A stretch of 63,958 nucleotides of DNA, filler included, from Piptocephalis cylindrospora (GCA_003614145.1; 7 parts of 7 records of this genome joined end to end with filler, not necessarily neighbours in it), one strand, 5' to 3'. Numbered from the whole stretch's first letter, positions 25,452 through 37,641 are shown. Notes: a model not told the origin generated them from the sequence alone. Numbers and translations: made by a program.

Positions 25452-26111
25452 ATGAATATCTTTGTTATCACGCTATGTCTTGTGATCCTCACCACCTTGG
25501 CCCCTTTGGCCATGGCTGTCCCCAATCAAGATTTCACTCGTGATCCCAATGGACGCTTCAGAAGCATCCGGAGAGCTCGACGTGTATGGATAGTTCGGCA
25601 GGCCCGGACAGTACGGCATCGTCAGCAGACTCGAGTCGCCCAACTACCCTGGATGGCCCTGCAAAATTTGCAGCCTGCCACACCGCGTCCCCGAGCATCA
25701 ATGGCTATCCATACCAGTATAGCGAGAAGCGCCTTGAGGATCACCGAGGCCCTGAGTTGTCTGGGGGCTCCATTGGACCAGAGACTTCAGTGCCCTCTGC
25801 CGGGATTTGACTATATTTCCTTGGCTGTGCAGAAAATGACATGGTCGCTTCACGAAAACGTCGATTTCGACATTTATAGACTGACTCTTATTTGGAGGAC
25901 ACGTGGCGTAAACTTCCAAAATCAATATGAACGGGTACTGGACGGCGGATGGACAAATCATCGTACAAGTGCACGGGCTCTCTTGGATCTACAGGAATCA
26001 TTCCTCCAACTCTTTACTTCAGAGGCTGAAACATACAGCCGATATAATCCTAGCCTTGGTCAGTTGACTGATACCATCCTCGCTCGTAAAGAGGCGTACC
26101 CTATTAGTTAA
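25452..26111 (+). CDS. Small secreted protein, 219 aa, paralog of 26940-27509
   Basis: In-frame ATG at 25452 starts the signal peptide MNIFVITLCLVILTTLAPLAMAVP. Core motif LRITEALSCLG..QCPLPGF. Confidence 0.8.
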   Translation: MNIFVITLCLVILTTLAPLAMAVPNQDFTRDPNGRFRSIRRARRVWIVRQARTVRHRQQTRVAQLPWMALQNLQPATPRPRASMAIHTSIARSALRITEALSCLGAPLDQRLQCPLPGFDYISLAVQKMTWSLHENVDFDIYRLTLIWRTRGVNFQNQYERVLDGGWTNHRTSARALLDLQESFLQLFTSEAETYSRYNPSLGQLTDTILARKEAYPIS

Positions 26112-26939
26112 ATGAACCTACTCTTACCGTTTTCACTGTGGGGATAGATGGCGATTTTATGATGAGTGATATAGCGCGAACTTTACGGGCTGAATGTACC
26201 TATCCGTCTTGAACTACGGACCATTTCCTTTAGGAACAGGCGTGGCCGTTTACTATCTTTATTTAAGAGGGACACCGTGACCTGGACTGGTTGACCTTTT
26301 TACAAAGAACATATCGGTAGATCATTATGCCTTTCCATTGAATCAAAGCTAGGTCCTAGTGATAGTGCTTAGCGAAAAGTGGGCTTGTCTCTTTCGGGCT
26401 TGCCTCACAACACTGTCAAGCTAATGGGAATCTCAATCCTTACCCATGTGTCAGTCCCACTCATGTCCTCGTCATCTCCTCCTCGATCATTGGCCATTAG
26501 GAGACGATACGATAAAACAGCAGAGAGATCAGGCTGTAGATCAAGTGTGGAAAATACAAATCCCCATTCAACCCTGAGTACCTTTGTCGCACACCTGCAA
26601 GGGGTAGCATGCCACGCTATCAGAGGGTAGTGAAAGTTTTGGCCCCTATGCTTCTAGGGTCCTGTCTACCTTATCCATCAAGGCATAGGACTTTTAAACC
26701 CCATTCTAGTTTAACCATTCTCTAGTTCCTTCGTCCATCCTCTAATCCTTTTAGCTATCCCCTCAGTTCATGCTGATTACGCTTTCATCTTCTGTCGAGA
26801 TAAAAACCCTCCTCAAACCCTTATAACGACCAACCGTACCCTTGTTACGTTCACACCACCCAGCACTGGCTCCTGTCTCATTCTCTCGAGCCCCTTCTTC
26901 CCATCATACTACGATTAGTAAATAGTAGCGAAGTCGGCA

Positions 26940-27509
26940 ATGCACTTCCACCGACTATTTCTTGTGGGGTTTCTCATCCTGACCCCCTTGTCAGCGGCCT
27001 TTCCACAACACAGCCACTCTCATAATTTGGTTAGAAGCATGTCCGATAGAGATGGTCAGATCCGTCAGAGTAGATTAGATGCCCAGGTATTGAATATCCG
27101 ATGCTTCTTACGAATCGCCGAAGCATTAGCCTGCCTTGGAACCCGGATGGACGAACGATCATCGTGCCCCATGCCCGAATTCATTGAGATTGAGACAGCT
27201 GTCAACAATATGAATTTTGCTGTCATGGACCAAGATCATCGGGCAGTCCGGAATATCATTTCTGCCTGGAGGAATTCCCATACTCATTTTCAGGAATGGT
27301 ATAATCAAATACAGACTGAAGGGTACCAACGCCATCTCCACCATGCCATTCGCCTCCGAACCCTTAGAAATTCGTTCATTCAGTATCTGACTCAGGCCGA
27401 GGATGAATTTTCACCCCTTGTCCATGAACTTCGTGACCAAAACATTGTCATCGCCACCTTGGCCGCTCAGTACCCCTTTAAAAAGGCGGGGGGAAATGCC
27501 TCAGGTTAA
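26940..27509 (+). CDS. Small secreted protein, 189 aa, paralog of 25452-26111
   Basis: Signal peptide MHFHRLFLVGFLILTPLSAAFP. Core motif LRIAEALACLG..SCPMPEF. Confidence 0.82.
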   Translation: MHFHRLFLVGFLILTPLSAAFPQHSHSHNLVRSMSDRDGQIRQSRLDAQVLNIRCFLRIAEALACLGTRMDERSSCPMPEFIEIETAVNNMNFAVMDQDHRAVRNIISAWRNSHTHFQEWYNQIQTEGYQRHLHHAIRLRTLRNSFIQYLTQAEDEFSPLVHELRDQNIVIATLAAQYPFKKAGGNASG

Positions 27510-28305
27510 GGATGTGCTAAGTGCTAGGTTTTTAAGCCCAGTAGATCATGATATTGAAGGGTTCAAGACTCGCTGAATAGTTCATGTGAATATCCTTGAT
27601 TTTGAACAAGGGCCAAAGGGAATTTGAGTTTATAGGAAGTTCTTACAGCAGGATAAATACATACAGTTCATGGGTAGAAATGGGTTGCATTAGCAATATC
27701 GGCCGAGAGAAGGGGCCCTTGAGCTCGAACAACACCGCTCTATACAAATGAGTCTTATGGTATGATTTAGCACGTATTTCATGCTTTTGATAAGGTGCTA
27801 GCGTTTTCTCGGTAATCATTTAATTTCATTACTGACGATCCGTGAAAGATGGGCAGATTTATTCCATTGTTGGGCATACATCAAAAGACATTACTCTCTG
27901 GTACCAGGCGCCTTCCTGCAGAAATGGTGAAATGCTCTGGAGTTCTAAGCTTTTGGCCCAAATGATGTACTATTGAATAGACATCAGCCTATGGAGGACT
28001 AAAGGTACGTGGTTCCTCTCTCTAAAACGATCTAGACATTGTCTTGTTTTGTCTTTGCCCCGTTGTTTTCGATACACTTTGCAATCCATGAGGCGCAACA
28101 CTTGAAGGTTATTACTTGGTAGTGTCAAGCTCGAAAGGGTATGCACCTGCTGCGCACATTTGTTGTCAGGAGGCGGTGCTTGGTAGATGCCCACATTCAC
28201 TCTACACACGCTAAGGCATGATCCTGGCTTACGGTCTCTTGTTGTTTTCATCCTCTTACTCGCTCACTCTCTTTCACCCTCTCTTCTCAATCGCGTTCCT
28301 TTACC

Positions 28306-28337
28306 ATGTCGGCCGACTACTGGGCGTCCTCTCACTT
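28306..28337 (+). CDS. Probable first exon of cyclin C (Ssn8/Srb11), cut by the contig end
   Basis: MSADYWASSH followed by a GTAAGA donor. It resembles the cyclin C N-terminus (MAxN[FY]WxSS[HQ]), but only 10 codons are visible. Confidence 0.55.
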
Positions 28338-28445
28338 GTAAGACNNNNNNNNNNNNNNNNNNNNNNNNNNNNNNNNNNNNNNNNNNNNTTAATTAATTAA
28401 NNNNNNNNNNNNNNNNNNNNNNNNNNNNNNNNNNNNNNNNNNNNT

Positions 28446-28751
28446 CATACCCTGGTAATTCCCAAAGAGCACGGAGAGTTCCTACACAATCTCTCCGATG
28501 CCTCCCTGGCTGACCTCCTTCCCCTAGCCAAGCGGGTGGCCAAATCCCTTCCTGGGGGTCCTGGCCAGTACAATGTCCTACAAAACAATGGCAAGCTGGC
28601 GCACCAAGTAGTGCCCCACGTCCATGTCCATATTATCCCCAAGCCCAACGCCGAGGAAGGCCTTGGGGTAGGGTGGCCCACGAACCAAGAAGCGGCCAAG
28701 GCTGAGGCACTGGACCAAGTACTGGATGAAATGAAGGCCAACTTCGAGTGA
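28446..28751 (+). CDS. HNT1: HIT-family protein (Hint/Hnt1), 5'-truncated
   Basis: HTLVIPKEH..YNVLQNNGKLAHQVVPHVHVHIIPKP..GLGVGWP, including the histidine triad HVHVH. Confidence 0.93.
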   Translation, partial: HTLVIPKEHGEFLHNLSDASLADLLPLAKRVAKSLPGGPGQYNVLQNNGKLAHQVVPHVHVHIIPKPNAEEGLGVGWPTNQEAAKAEALDQVLDEMKANFE

Positions 28752-28980
28752 TATACTGTTGCTACGTTGCCATGCGGGGAAGGGCGATGGATAAATTTTC
28801 AATCTGGATCAATACATCCATTATATCACCCTGAATCTTTCTGGAGAAACAGCGATCCCATTATCTATGTACGCCCGAGAATGAGCATATTATGGAAATA
28901 ATATGTACTGTTGTGGAAACCATCAATTACACCCATATAAAGGGCCATTCAGCCCGAGTCTTCCCGACCTTCTCCATGGT

Positions 28981-31144
28981 CTACTCGGTCATATCCATGG
29001 CCCCGTAGACCATTTCATAGATGCGTGGAGCCATGGATGGAGTAAGCTCACAGTGAATATCCTTAGACCGGTCCAGAAGTGCCTGATACACTTGCTTTAG
29101 GTTACTCTTCCTCTCGGCAACGTGCTCGAGGGCCGAGTCCATAGCGATCTTCTCCACATCTCCAGAGGGGACAATGGGGAAGGTGGGAGAATCGGGAGGG
29201 AGTCTCCCTTCCTCCCCCAGGACTCTCCCCCAGCCAATACCGTACTCGGCGGTCTTGTCACCCCGATCGTAGACCTTGGCGACGAGACGAAGCATTGCCT
29301 CGTGGACGGGCCAGCTGACCCGGGCCATCGGGAGGAGGAAGCGCTCAACGCAGATGGTTCGAGTACGGGCTGATGGGGCCAGGAGGACGGCAAGATGGGT
29401 GCGGGCCAAGGCATCGGACATGGAGATGGCCAAGGATTCATAGATAGACCAGATTCCTAAATCTGCCTCACTCCTCAGGATTTCGGTATCCAACTCAATC
29501 ATGGCAACGCCAGTCCCTCCCAGTTCCCTAGGTAGGGTGGAGAGGATGGTGGGGAGGAGATGGGAGAGAGCCTCGACATCTCGGGCGTGCAAGCGATCCA
29601 GGACATACTGAGCAAGGACGGTCTGGGCAATGCGACTGGATCTGAGGACCTTAACGGCTTCCTCCTCCTCCTCGAGACCTCCGAGTTTGTGATCCGATGA
29701 GGCTCCACTTCCCTCGGTCGAACCAATACTTCCGGAGGAGCCTCTTCCCCCGCTCTGACGATCTACATCGGCATCGGCGTCGGCTGTGGAGGATCTAGGT
29801 CGGTCTGTAGCCTCATACCGGGCATCGACGTGCATGATGCGGACCATAGCCTCGAAGAATGCATTCAGTGCCTTTGGGGGTCTAGGTAGCCGAAAATCCT
29901 GGGTACGTAGGATCTTCCGGGCATGGGCCCCGAGGTTGATCATGGAGGAGGCGAAACGGATTTCACGACAGGCCCGGACTTCACTGTGCCGATTGCGCAT
30001 GGCATATCGACGTAGACAGAGAAGGGCATTGGCAGCAAAGAGATGAGTGGTAAACGGGTCGACCATAATGGTCGCCACATCGCCATAGAGACCGCCGGTT
30101 CCAGCCGCCGAGTCAATGCCTTCAAAGACCCCTTTCAAGGAAATGCACTGCCTGGGCGACATCTCCCCCTCCCGGACACAAGGCTGCAGGCCCCAGGCTA
30201 GAGGATGGCAGGCATCGTTCTCGGTGATCCCACGGACGTCGGCATCGTGCAGGGAATTGAGGAGGTCAACTCGAAGCATAGCGGCTGTGGGGGATCCTTC
30301 GGGGTCCTTGATTAGGATGGAGCGGAGGGTGGAGAGGATCTCACTGTAAAGTTGAACATCCCCACCTACTTCAGTAACCAGAGTGCGAACCGAGGGATGG
30401 TCCCGACGGAGACGGGCAGTTAGGCTCCCGGTAAACTCGACGGTGCGCATCTCTCGGGCCAAGGAGCGGATGCCTGGGTCATCCAAATAGGCCTGAATGA
30501 TAGGGGCCAAATGGCGAGCATGGAGCTTCTTATCATGGCTCCAAAGACGACGACGGATGGGTAGGGGGCAATGACTGTAGACCTGGGGCGGGGCCAAGCG
30601 ATCAAGCATGCTATCCGAAAGCCATTCTGGATGTTTTGCAAATAGGGCCAAAGGAATATTCTGAAGGTTGGGCTCCGCAATGTATGGGAGCATGGAATGG
30701 GCAAGGGCGAGGAACCTGGAGGATCGAGATAGGATAAGCGTGTGGAATGTCAGTCAGTATCGCAAAGGACATCACGTACCTTTCCTCATCCACCTCCATC
30801 TCCTCCGCTTGTTCCCCGAGAGAGACGACAACACGGTCAATGGCGGCCTGAAGGAGTCGGGATCGAGGGACACCAAAGAGGACGAGGAGTGGATCGATAG
30901 GGGTGAGCTTCTTGTGCAAATCCTCCTGAAGGCAATGTTTCTTTGCAAAAGTGGGGACAAAGGTGTCGGGTGCCTCGCTGGACAGAGCCCGCTGGATGTG
31001 CTCGGTACCAATGTGGTTGACTAGATAGGGGGATGCCGAGGAGGGTGGAAGGGGCAAGGCGGAGGTGGAGGTAGGGGGGGTGGAGAATAGGTCCTCTGGT
31101 CGAATCCGAGGAGGGTCAGCTGGGGTGGGGGGATCATCGGACAT
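28981..31144 (-). CDS. Negative elongation factor B (NELF-B/COBRA1) homolog, about 699 aa; exons 31144-30780 and 30715-28981
   Basis: Blocks are collinear with recalled metazoan NELF-B: YSHCPLPIRRRLW; RRDHPSVRTLVTEVGGDVQLYSEILSTLR; LRVDLLNSLHDADV..DACHPLAWGLQPCVRE; GDVATIMVDPF. The intron is 64 bp, GTACGT..CAG. Confidence 0.85.
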
Positions 31145-31963
31145 GTTACTGACAAGAAGGATGACCAGGGAAGGAGGAGATCTGGGCTGGAGCAGGATAT
31201 ATAGAGAGAGGACGGACTATCTGTAAAGGAAGAGCGAGTCAAAAGCGGTGCTTCATACCTTAGGTGAGGTAGCGTGTGGATAGAAGCGGTGACCCAGGTC
31301 AGTAAGGATGAATTCAGCAGAGGGAGAGGATAAGGCCGATCAAGCAGGATATGATCCGATGACAAGTGTACGTTGTACAAGAGAACTGCTAGCTACCACC
31401 TTTTCTTGACGAACTCAGGCCTTTTGCTAGTGCTGAACCTTGATGAATTACCAGCGACAATAGGGATAACAGCACTAAAGATAAGGAGCTAGGCATATCT
31501 TCAATAGAGTGACAAGATCAGGAAATGGCCATACTGTCTCATTCATATTTACCAGACAGACCTTCAGACCCATCCTATCACCCTCGCTCTGAAAAATATT
31601 AAGCTATGGAAAATGAGACTATGCAAGGAACTGTTGATGTCATAGAATGAGTATCACCGTGCATCTGAATCCCACTTTGTCTTCCCTCCCCATTTGAATC
31701 ACCTCCCCCCCACGACCGTCATATCCATATGCCTTATGATTGAGAGACACAGCAGAAAGGTCTTATTCCTCCACTTAATTATCCATACCTTCAAATCTGA
31801 AACACATGAACACTTCATTCTTATAAATGCATCGAGGGAGGACAGACAACATTAGGATGGCAAGTCCAACTTTAGCACATTTCCAACCCATTTCATCCCC
31901 TCTCATCCCATCCTGTTCCGTTCCACTCCGTTTCCGTCTTTCCCATTTTTTTCTCTATCCAAT

Positions 31964-32263
31964 ATGCCAGGTGAACCCTCCAAGATCAATGCCAACATGA
32001 CCTGGGCCAAGGGCCAGGTTGAGAGCACCTTTGGTAGCCTCATGAACAACGAACGGATGCGCAGCCAGGGTGAAGCTGACATCTCCAAGGGCAATGCTGA
32101 GTACCAGGCTGCCCAGACCCAGGCCTACGCCGGGGGAGCAGCTGACAAGGCCAAGGGCACTGTCAAGGATACGGCCAACAATCTCATGGGTGATAGCTCT
32201 GGTCAGGTCGAAGGCAAGGTGCAAAAGGCCAAGGGCGATGCCCGTATGGACGCCAACTCTTAG
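31964..32263 (+). CDS. CsbD-like / Hmp1-like small stress protein, 99 aa
   Basis: Repeated KGxVxxTxxxLxxxxxxxxxG units. Upstream TATAAA at about 31822. Confidence 0.85.
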   Translation: MPGEPSKINANMTWAKGQVESTFGSLMNNERMRSQGEADISKGNAEYQAAQTQAYAGGAADKAKGTVKDTANNLMGDSSGQVEGKVQKAKGDARMDANS

Positions 32264-32654
32264 GTGATCCCTGTGTATGCCTGCGAGTGTACATATCGCC
32301 ATTATGTGTAGTGTGCGAAGCCTAGGGTCGCGTGAATATATCATCCATGAGGCTCTTATGCCCACTACCTGATCAACGACACCCAATTTGGGTAGTCAGT
32401 TTCCATACAGAGCACGCCTATGTTGCACAGGACTGGTTATTTAACTAACTAACTGCCGCCCTCTGATGAATTTCATAAATCGCCAAACGTATAAACGCCT
32501 TCATACAGTCCTGCACGCCCTAGACGTTCATGATGAAGCATAGTCATCACCATGATGAAGAGGTATACATTGATGTAAAATAGTCAAAAATTAAGAAACA
32601 AAGGATAGAGAGGAGGAGAGGGGTATGTGAAACCCCTAAAAAGGAAAAGATGGA

Positions 32655-33963
32655 TCAGATTTTATTAGGGAATGGTGGAGGCGGTGGTGTGGTGGTGAGA
32701 GTAAAAGGGGGGGTAGAGGGGATGAATCGTATGAGAGAGGGACATGACTGGTGGTGAAGAGGGAGAAAGAGAGAGGAAGTCCTCCTGGAGGAACAGTATC
32801 GCTCTTCCATGGTGGAATGACTACGCCTCCTCGGTAAGTCTCGCAGAGGGGGATAGTGATGGTGATGGAGGAGAATCTGGGTGGGGTGGCATGGGGAGGC
32901 GGGGCCCTGAAGCGTGTATTGACGCTCCTGAGGAAAAGAGGTGACAGACCTCTTTCGTTGTATGGATCCCACTGACGCCACCTCGTAAGAGTCATCCATG
33001 ATGGTAGTGGAGACGGGGGAGATACGTCTTCGCACCGGATGGTTACTTGAGGTCGAAGCACGATACTGGCTCATGGATACTATCCTTGGGAAAGACTGGG
33101 CCTGGAGCACAGAATCATCACGGTATCGTATGGGGGGGGGGCCAAGTACCTAGAGGCTCCGGGGGAGGGGCTTGGGGTCTATTTGCTCCCCGCTCCATCT
33201 GAAGAACAAGAAGGGTGGAAGCCAGGATAAAGTGAAGACCATGAACATGGGGAGCCCATGCCTGGAAGCTTAGGCTGAGGGATACAGAGATGATGCCCAT
33301 GATGGAGACAACAGTGAGGTAGATGAGGCCATCACGGCCGAGGACGATGTAGATGGAGGCAGATCCGGGTTCCATGGACTCAGCCTGTCTCCACATGACC
33401 AAGAGAAAACAGGTGGAAAAGAGGATATTGATGGGAAGATCAACACAGAGACATTTGACCAGGAACCACCAGGTTGCATGGCTGACATTGCATACCCAAG
33501 GTGTATCAATGACCACCCGGGTACCCCATAGACCCAGGAAAATGATTGTTCCCGAGATGAGGGAAGCAAAGGCCCCGAGGATGCGGAGAAAGGGTGGGCG
33601 TTTCCGAGAGTAGTAGGCCTTACTAGCAAGGACAGCGATGATGGCGGGTTCTCCCAAAACGGCAAGGGACATGAGAATGGTGGTCTGCCAGGGGCATGGG
33701 ATGAAAAAGGGGAAGACCTTGCGAAGGAGAGAGACTAGACTCCCTGACAGGGCGACAAAGGTATGAGCGCAACACAGCCAGTGGGACAAAGCTGGAGCAG
33801 GGCGATTGAAGAGGATGGTCAAGGCCGAAGAAAAATTGCGAGTGGCCACACAAGTGTACAAGGTGACGATGAGAAGGGAGGCGAGATGGTGGAGATAGAT
33901 CGGACGGGAGAATTCGAGATTTTCCGGCAGATGGGCCGTATCAATGATATTGGGTAAGCTCAT
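32655..33963 (-). CDS. Multi-pass (6-7 TM, receptor-like) membrane protein; as assembled it stops at 33118, and the Ser/Pro-rich tail 33131-32655 is out of frame by one base
   Basis: ATG at 33963 followed by successive hydrophobic helices. A C10 run (33141-33132) separates the TM region from an open tail frame. Confidence 0.6.
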
Positions 33964-35223
33964 TAGAGAGAGGAAGATGGAGTATGAGAAAGGATAGGAG
34001 TGAGAGGGAGAACAATGCAACCGAGGAAAGAAGAGGCGGTAGAAAGAAAGGGAGGGAGGGCAAGGACGAGAATGAAGATGAGGATGAGAGGGAAAGAACG
34101 ATGGATGCAAGGGGGATGAGAGAGGGGCAAGAAGGAAGGAAAAGACCAGTGTTCGAGCAGAAGCGGAAACGAGAGTGTGCGTGAAATGAAGATGTGAAAG
34201 TGAGGCTCTGGATGGTCAGAAAGCAGGGTACTTATAGGCATAAGAGGGACACGCGCGAATGCATAAAGGGAGAAAGAATGAATGGCACACGGTCAAGAGA
34301 GGGGGGTGGAGAGAGATGACCATGAATCGATCCACAGAGTCGGGGAGATAAGGAGTATGAGCCCAGTGATTCAATGTACAAGACGCAGAGATATGCCAGG
34401 AAAGGGCGTGATGCATTGAAGCAAAGATCGGACTTTAAAGGCAAACCAGGTGGTGCAACATTCAAGGTCTGTAGCGGAGATATCGCAATAGGTTAGACGG
34501 AGTTTCAAATGCTACTAATGGTAGATACACAGCACTTGAGCCAGAGGAGATGACCTCGTATGGCTCTACCTAGCCAGTCCATCTCATGGGTAACGAACGA
34601 TGTGGAAGAGGCAAGGACAGGGTATGCGCATGTGGATGGATTAAGCAATAGAGAGGGATGAACTGGTAAATAAGCAATTACCCTTAATTCTCGAACCATA
34701 CCTAACCGTCCACGAAACATGCAAAGGGGACACCTAGTTAAGGAAAGAGCAATGGATAGTTATCGGTACTAAATGGGAGGGATCTGGGCGAGGGAAAAGA
34801 GTGCATTGCGTGACACACATCCATCCCTCATGGCTACAGTGCAATATAAAGGAGCTACTCATTTGTTGAGGATGGCTTTTAATGTAATGATCATTGGCCT
34901 CTTCGTCAAGATGAAAAGCGGTCCTTCAGTGCGAGGAGAGAGTGGCTCAGGATGTCGAAACGGAACCATTCTTCTTGGCTGAACCTGAGTGCTGCACAGA
35001 ACTAATAGCTTTCTGATATGCTAGGGAAGAAGGGCACTACTCTGCCTCTTCGATCTATGAAAAAAAACAAGAATAAAGTATGGCCATAGTCATGGTCCAT
35101 TCTTGAAGTATTAAAAGCTTAGAAGTGGGCAAGGTTTCATATACCACCCTTGTTCCTCTGCTTCACACAGACCAAGACTCTTAATATCCTCGCCAAACTT
35201 CACAAAATACCGATCAAGGCCTA

Positions 35224-36133
35224 TCAAGCTTCAGTGGATGATCCAGAGGGAATATGAGGATCAGCTGAGGTGATGGAGGTTGCAGAGGAGGCAGTGGTAG
35301 GGGTGGTGAGTTGTTGATGCTGAAGATGCCCTGAGAGACTGCTTGGGCTCCTGGGAGTACGAAGGCCTGGGGGGATAATGTCGGCAGCCTCGCCCTCAGG
35401 GGGAGGAGGGGGAGCGGCTAGGAATTGGGAGAGAAGATCAAAGACGGGTTCCTTGAGGGCAGCCAAGTGGAATTCGGCAAAAGTGAGTTTCCCATCATTG
35501 TCAACGTCCAAATCGGAGAAGATACGGTCAACGACCCCCTGGATCTGGGCGCTTTGATCGGGGGAACAGAAGGGAACGTAGAGTTCGGCGAGAATGCGGG
35601 CCATGGTGTCCCGACTGACGGATCCGGTCTGATCCACATCATACAGATCAAAGGAGAGTCGAAGCTTCTCCTCGGGGGTACCCTTAGCGAAGATGGAGAG
35701 ACCCCGGATGTACTCACGGAAGTTAACAGCATCATCATGATCCGTATCAAAGGCGTGGAAAAGACGTTCGAGGAAGAGTTCGGTGGCCGAGCTAGCCACG
35801 ACAAAGTTTCCAACAATCTGTTCATAGTGGAGAAAAGGAGGGGAAGGGCGAAGTGAGTGCGAGTATAAGCAGATGAATGGGTCAAGGGTGCACGTACCAT
35901 TTTAAATTGATCCCTATGCATGTAACCTTGCTCATCGGAAACTTGACGGAATTCTTCATGCAGTAACTCGACTTCTGACTCGGTGACTGGGATAGATCAT
36001 TAGCAAGGGGAGACAAAAGCACGTATGTCCCAAGAAACAGAGAGAGAGAGAGAGACTTACAGTGGGTCTTGTAAGCCAGGTGATCAGCATCCTCTCGGGA
36101 ATGATCAGAAGACTTGGAGGTTTGACTTCCCAT
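35224..36133 (-). CDS. N-myristoylated EF-hand calcium sensor (NCS/frequenin/calaxin-like); exons 36133-36061, 35986-35898, 35817-35224
   Basis: MGSQTSK myristoylation motif. EF loops DTDHDDAVNFRE, DVDQTGSVSRDT and DVDNDGKLTFAE. Also GTPEEKLRLSFDLYD. Confidence 0.85.
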
Positions 36134-37129
36134 GCTTGTTGAGCGAGTGCTTCGGCGAGGAGGTTAATTGAAAGGACGGATTGGAAGGTCTCCACCTCTC
36201 AAGCTTTATATGTTACCTGATGTGATGACAACCAAAGGTGATGGAGAGAACGGGGAGAGGGGGGGATCGTTGTTCTTATGACACAGGGGTGGAGAGGAGA
36301 AAAGAAAGGAAAAAAGCACGGATACACACAAGTGCAAGAGAGTTGCACGCAGCGAGAGGAAAAGGAGAAGAAAGAAAAGGAGCTGATGGACTGTCCACGC
36401 GTTCCCCCTCACTCCCTTGCTCTCCACTGTTATATAAGCCGTGGGTGGATTGAGAGAGGGGCAAGGAAAGGTGATGAGGCCATGACGGATGATCACGCCT
36501 TCCCCTCTCCCATCCTGCCTTGGCGTCTCACACTACCTGCCATCACCACTAATGCTGCTAAAGAAGGCAAGCACAGTGTGAAGCCGCCTCTCTAGCCATG
36601 CACCCTGCTCGCTCACTCATTCGAAACGACACACACATGCACACACTACGAACATCCAAATCCCCCAATCATAGGCGAGACTGCAATGAGGTCATGTGGT
36701 TTTGAAAAGGGAAGGAAGTTTATGAGAAACAGTATCTCATCACCACCATTGCTATTACTAAAGGAATGTTAGCTCATGAACAAGTAGGACACATCGGGGA
36801 CCTAAACCCTGGCAATCCCTGGCATCACGCAGGCCGACTTAAGGGCGGGTATTGCGTTCGGATATCCATCGGCCTACCCCACCTGGGGAAAATATAACGG
36901 TTTTACTGCTACAAGTAGAATGTAGGGTACTCAAGAACGGCATTGAACAACTCATCATAAACTTGTGTCGACCGATTCAATGTAAAAATTGCGATAGATT
37001 CCATTCTTTCTCTTGACCATGTTCTTTGAGGAGGGATGAATATAGCTCATAGCTTTCAAGATCACCCATCCTCTTCCCCTTCTAAATGTCCCTCCCCCTT
37101 CTCCCTCCTAAATCACCGTTCCTTTCCTT

Positions 37130-37641
37130 CTAGATTGCTTTACCCTTCCCCTTATCCTTCTTCGCCTCTGGAATCATATCATCAGGGATGCGTTCAAAAG
37201 CGAAGGCAAGGTAGGCCTCTAGCTCAAAGGGCATATTTGCAATGCTATTAGCATCGTCCCATCTCATCCCTCAGCAAAGAGAAGGGCTTACCAGTCACAT
37301 CCCACTCGTCCCGAGACATATCGGGGGTCGAGCCACCCTTGACACGCATACGATAGAGAAGGTCCCGGAAGGGAGGGGCCATCTTCAATTCCCCATAGAC
37401 ATTGGGAAAGGGTTGAACGTAAAGGAGACGTAAGCCATACTCCAGGGCCATGGAGGTCAGGGTAGGGAAATGGACGAGATATTCAGGACAATCATCAATA
37501 GCATCCTCCAGAGCAAAGTGGTACCGATGACCAAAGGTGGGAAATGAGTCCCGTTGATCAAAACGAATTCTGAGGATGCCATTACCAAACTCCAGATTTG
37601 GAGATCCTTGGAGTTTTCGCACAATCCAGTTAGCATCAGGT
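37130..37641 (-). CDS. ABD1: mRNA cap guanine-N7 methyltransferase, C-terminal part only
   Basis: PDANWIVRKL..FGN..FGHRYHFALEDAIDDCPEYLVHFPTL..MSRDEWDV, then after a GTAAGC..TAG intron, AYLAFAFER. The upstream part is missing. Confidence 0.85.
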
